DNA of 64,000 nucleotides from Microcoleus sp. (GTDB taxonomy: Bacteria; Cyanobacteriota; Cyanobacteriia; Cyanobacteriales; Microcoleaceae), in contig CP181291.1 of NCBI GenBank assembly GCA_052279835.1, forward strand, positions 5,760,001-5,824,000. Reading direction: 5' to 3'. Both the position numbers and the translations under genes were made by a program. The notes under the pieces were generated by a model, which was not told the DNA's origin, ran no database searches, and saw nothing but the letters and a program-made list of their open reading frames with translations. Positions 60,355 through 64,000 of the stretch are shown piece by piece. Every line of letters starts with the position of its first letter. Within the stretch, counting starts at the first letter, position 1.

Positions 60355-63300
60355 ATGGCTACCACAAATGAAGTTTCCAGCAACCAGCTCATCGATGTTT
60401 TGATAACTGACACTTTACCGGGAAGTGCAGCCAAAAATTCCATCCTCAATCCTTTAAGCAGCAGCAACAGTCAAAATATTGGCGGCAGTGCTTTAATTGA
60501 CAGCAAAACTCAGCCCGTTGTTGAAGCAGACAAGCTATCCACTCCCAGTGATGCTCTCAATTCAAAAAGTGCGATTGCGGAACCCAATAGCAAAAAAATA
60601 GATGATTCATTAATTGTTTCGGACACTCTAAAAGGCGGTTTAAGCGGCTCAGCCAGCACCAGTATTAGTCAGGAAACTCTATCTTCCAGTCCTGGTACAG
60701 ATGTCAAAGATACCCTGACTGGAAGCACAAAAGATGCACAGTTAGTTGTGATTAAAGGCGATACTATTACAGCAACTGATTCCTTGACTAATCCTCAGAG
60801 TGTGGAGAAGATAGCATCTGATAAAACTCCCGATACCTTAGCGGATAAAGAAACTAAGCCAGAAATTGCGATCGCCCCAAATACCTCTGTCACAGAATCC
60901 AAACCAGCAACGACTACCTTAGCTGAAAAAGAAACTAAGACAGAAATTGCGATCGCCCCAAATACCTCTGTCGCAGAATCCAAACCAGCAACGACTACCT
61001 TAGCCGAGAAAGAAACTAAGACAGAAATTGCGATCGCCCAAACTACCTCTGTCACAGAATCCAAACCAGCAACGACTACCTTAGCTGAAAAAGAAACTAA
61101 GACAGAAATTGCGATCGCCCCAAATACCTCTGTCACAGAATCCAAACCAGCAACGACTACCTTAGCTGAAAAAGAAACTAAGACAGAAATTGCGATCGCC
61201 CCAAATACCTCTGTCGCAGAATCCAAACCAGCAACGACTACCTTAGCCGAGAAAGAAACTAAGACAGAAATTGCGATCGCCCCAAATACCTCTGTCGCAG
61301 AATCGAAACCAGCAACAACGGTTACAGAAGCTAGTAAAACCGATAAATCAACAACAGACAAACCAGCCAATACTGTCGCCGATATCAGCAAAAATAGCAA
61401 CCACGAAAGCTCTCAATCTACCACACAAACAGAAAATAAAGCTGTAGAAAAAACTGAAATCTCAGTAATAGAAGCATCCAAAGAACCAAATACAATTTCT
61501 ACAAATCCAAATATCGTAGCAGCAAACAACCCTTTTGTATCTGGAAAATTTATTGTTGATTCAAAAGGTCAAGTGGGCATAGATTTTGTATTTGATGGTG
61601 GTTTGTATAAGGGTCAGCTAGCCATCTTCAGCCTCAAAGGTATGGAAAAGTTTGTACCTGGTTCAGAAGAATTTATCAAAGAAATAGCTTCAAGAGCACT
61701 TAGTAACTCTGCCAAAGGTCATGTAGTAATTAATGACTTGAGTGAAGGTGCAAAATTTACTGGTAATTTACCCGAAGGCAATTCTAATGAAGGAACTTAC
61801 TTAGGAGTTAAGACTTTTGCGATGACTCCGGGTGAAGAATTTGGGGTGATGTTAGTGCCGAATGGGACTGTACAAGAAGTTTTGAATAATCCGGCGATCG
61901 GAGGAGACAAACTTCCTTTATTTTCAATGGCTACGGCGAATCCAAATCAGGCGTTTCAGGTAGGACAAATTGCTGATGTAACAGGGGATGGAAACACCTT
62001 TGCAATGGAGGATATGCGGGTCGATTTAGGGAGCGATCGCGATTATAATGACTTCGTATTTCAGGTGCGGGGTGCTAAGGGTAATGCGGTGCGGTTGAAT
62101 GATGTGATTAATCCTGATAAAGATTGGCGCAAAACAGATATGGGTCAGGCTTTGATTGCTTATGCTAAGCCTTACGTTGAACCGAAGTTAGAGCCTGAAA
62201 AAGAGGATGCAAAACCTGTAAACAATGCTCCTTCTGGTTCGGTTTTGGATGTTCCAATTTCTGATATTGCAGGTGATTCAAATGCTGAGGATAAAAAGGC
62301 GATCGCGCCTGTTTCTCCTGCTACTGAATCTGTCGATAAAACTGAAGTTGCTACTTCAGATAAGGCTGTAACGCCTGCGGTGAAGATTGAAGAGGATAAA
62401 AAGGCGATCGCACCTGTTTCTCCTGCTGCTGAATCTGTGTCTAAAACTGAAGTTGTTACTTCAGATAAGGCTGTAACGCCAGCGGTGAAGATTGAAGAGG
62501 ATAAAAAGGCGATCGCACCTGTTTCTCCTGGTACTGAATCTGTCGATAAAACTGAGGTTGCTACTTCAGATAAGGCTGTAACGCCTGCGGTGAAGATTGA
62601 AGAGGACAAAAAGGCGATCGCACCTGTTTCTCCTGGTGCTGAATCTGTCGAGAAAACTGAGGTTGCTACTTCCGAAACAACTGTAACGCCTGCGGTGAAG
62701 ATTGAAGAGGAAAAAAAGGCGATCGCACCTATTTCTCCTGCTGCTGAATCTGTGTCTAAAACTGAAGTTGTTACTTCAGATAAGGCTGTAACGCCAGCGG
62801 TGAAGATTGAAGAGGATAAAAAGGCGATCGCACCTGTTTCTCCTGGTACTGAATCTGTCGATAAAACTGAGGTTGCTACTTCAGATAAGGCTGTAACGCC
62901 AGCGGTGAAGATTGAAGAGGACAAAAAGGCGATCGCACCTATTTCTCCTGCTGCTGAATCTGTCGAGAAAACCGCAGTTGTTACTTCGGAAACAAGTGTA
63001 GCGCCAGTGGTGAAGATTGAAGAGGACAAAAAGGCGATCGCACCTATTTCTCCTGCTGTTGAATCTGTCGAGAAAACCGCAGTTGTTACTTCGGAAACAA
63101 GTGTAGCGCCAGTGGTGAAGATTGAAGAGGATAAAAAGGCGATCGCACCTGTTTCTCCTGGTACTGAATCTGTATCGAAAACCGAAGTTCAGACTTCCGA
63201 GACAAGTATAAAGCTGGTGGTGGAAATTGCAGAGGATAAAAAGGCGATCGCACCTGTTTCTCCTGGTACTGAATCTGTATCGAAAACCGAAGTTGTTACT

Positions 63301-64000
63301 TCAACAAAACTCACAAACGAGGGTTCAGAAACCGGGTTTTTATCGACAAATACTTCGTCACAGCCAACTGATTCGGTAAAAAAGCCGATTTCTTCATTCG
63401 CAGCCGATCAACCCTCTTCAGAAACAACTTTAACTGAAAGTTCAACAAAAACTAATACAAATCAGTCAACATTAGAAACTACTAACGCTCAAAATCCAGT
63501 TATTCTGCCAAACATAGAAATTACTCAATCTAATTTAAATCTTCCTACAACTAACTCATTGTCGAATCTCACGCCCGGAGTATGGACTGTTGGCGAAACA
63601 GGTCAAGTTAGCTTTGATTTCCTTGTCGATGCCGGTCTTTATGAGGGGGAAATTGCGATTGTTAATTTATCGGGAATGGAGCAATATTCGCCCAATTCCG
63701 ATGCTTTTAAACAAGAAGCGATTAAACGTGCTTTAAGCAATTCAGAATTGGGTTATATTGCGATTCGCGATCGCCTGGAAGGTGCGAGATTTAGCGGTGA
63801 ATTTGGCGAACCCAATGTTAATCATGGTCAATACCAAGGTATCAAAACTTTTGCGATGCCTCCTGGGGCAAAATTTGCTCTGATGTTAGTTCCTAATGGT
63901 ACTGTAAAGGAGATATCGGAATCTCCCAGTCTTTGGGCGGATAAAACTCCCCTATTTTCAATTCCAGCAGCTAATCCCGATAGTCAAGGAATGCTGGCTG
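60355..64000 (+). CDS. Large repetitive extracellular-type protein with DUF4114-like domain(s); runs off the window end (missed by the ORF track because it has no stop)
   Basis: AGGAG + ATG 60355; frame 1 stays open; PLFSMATANP...FAMEDMRVD.GSDRDYND.VF; a second copy of the domain begins near 63580; two tandem-repeat blocks. Confidence 0.85.
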   Translation, partial: MATTNEVSSNQLIDVLITDTLPGSAAKNSILNPLSSSNSQNIGGSALIDSKTQPVVEADKLSTPSDALNSKSAIAEPNSKKIDDSLIVSDTLKGGLSGSASTSISQETLSSSPGTDVKDTLTGSTKDAQLVVIKGDTITATDSLTNPQSVEKIASDKTPDTLADKETKPEIAIAPNTSVTESKPATTTLAEKETKTEIAIAPNTSVAESKPATTTLAEKETKTEIAIAQTTSVTESKPATTTLAEKETKTEIAIAPNTSVTESKPATTTLAEKETKTEIAIAPNTSVAESKPATTTLAEKETKTEIAIAPNTSVAESKPATTVTEASKTDKSTTDKPANTVADISKNSNHESSQSTTQTENKAVEKTEISVIEASKEPNTISTNPNIVAANNPFVSGKFIVDSKGQVGIDFVFDGGLYKGQLAIFSLKGMEKFVPGSEEFIKEIASRALSNSAKGHVVINDLSEGAKFTGNLPEGNSNEGTYLGVKTFAMTPGEEFGVMLVPNGTVQEVLNNPAIGGDKLPLFSMATANPNQAFQVGQIADVTGDGNTFAMEDMRVDLGSDRDYNDFVFQVRGAKGNAVRLNDVINPDKDWRKTDMGQALIAYAKPYVEPKLEPEKEDAKPVNNAPSGSVLDVPISDIAGDSNAEDKKAIAPVSPATESVDKTEVATSDKAVTPAVKIEEDKKAIAPVSPAAESVSKTEVVTSDKAVTPAVKIEEDKKAIAPVSPGTESVDKTEVATSDKAVTPAVKIEEDKKAIAPVSPGAESVEKTEVATSETTVTPAVKIEEEKKAIAPISPAAESVSKTEVVTSDKAVTPAVKIEEDKKAIAPVSPGTESVDKTEVATSDKAVTPAVKIEEDKKAIAPISPAAESVEKTAVVTSETSVAPVVKIEEDKKAIAPISPAVESVEKTAVVTSETSVAPVVKIEEDKKAIAPVSPGTESVSKTEVQTSETSIKLVVEIAEDKKAIAPVSPGTESVSKTEVVTSTKLTNEGSETGFLSTNTSSQPTDSVKKPISSFAADQPSSETTLTESSTKTNTNQSTLETTNAQNPVILPNIEITQSNLNLPTTNSLSNLTPGVWTVGETGQVSFDFLVDAGLYEGEIAIVNLSGMEQYSPNSDAFKQEAIKRALSNSELGYIAIRDRLEGARFSGEFGEPNVNHGQYQGIKTFAMPPGAKFALMLVPNGTVKEISESPSLWADKTPLFSIPAANPDSQGMLA
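60833..61320 (+). repeat. 6 x 81-bp (27-aa) intragenic tandem repeat
   Basis: HIP1 at 60868, 60949, 61030, 61111, 61192 and 61273. Confidence 0.92.
62285..63300 (+). repeat. 10 x 105-bp (35-aa) intragenic tandem repeat
   Basis: HIP1 every 105 bp from 62299 to 63244. Confidence 0.92.

Noticed and set aside
60795..63029. Minus-strand 201-aa and 285-aa repetitive ORFs
   Set aside because: Antisense to the tandem repeats of the real plus-strand gene starting at 60355.

Overview
64-kb chromosomal window from a cyanobacterium, probably a filamentous Oscillatoriales type. This is inferred from dense HIP1 GCGATCGC sites, heptamer tandem repeats, many MITE/REP-like elements, PEP-CTERM proteins and psaK/hli. 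Housekeeping genes: ctaB-ctaA, ctaC-ctaD-ctaE (aa3 oxidase), gshB-grxC, hflX (apparently with an ATC start), galK, rsmA, ispE and a cellulose-synthase-like GT2. Accessory content: (i) a 9-kb, mostly minus-strand array of Uma2, toxin-antitoxin, DUF433 and DUF4058 genes mixed with short gene stubs; (ii) three CHAT (caspase-like) protease loci; (iii) a 21-repeat CRISPR array with a leader but no intact cas gene, preceded by a probable MITE-broken cas2 remnant; (iv) a DUF488-DUF488-dual-OB operon. The best candidate for an undescribed system is a sigma-70-like factor + DUF1822 + membrane pentapeptide-CHAT protease (+ pilin) cluster. An identically spaced ECF-like promoter motif (TGCGGAAAAA-n14-CGTAAGTA) lies in front of both neighbouring surface-protein genes, and a degenerate copy lies in front of the sigma gene, suggesting a protease-gated sigma regulon. 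All family assignments come from motif recognition by eye; no searches were run.
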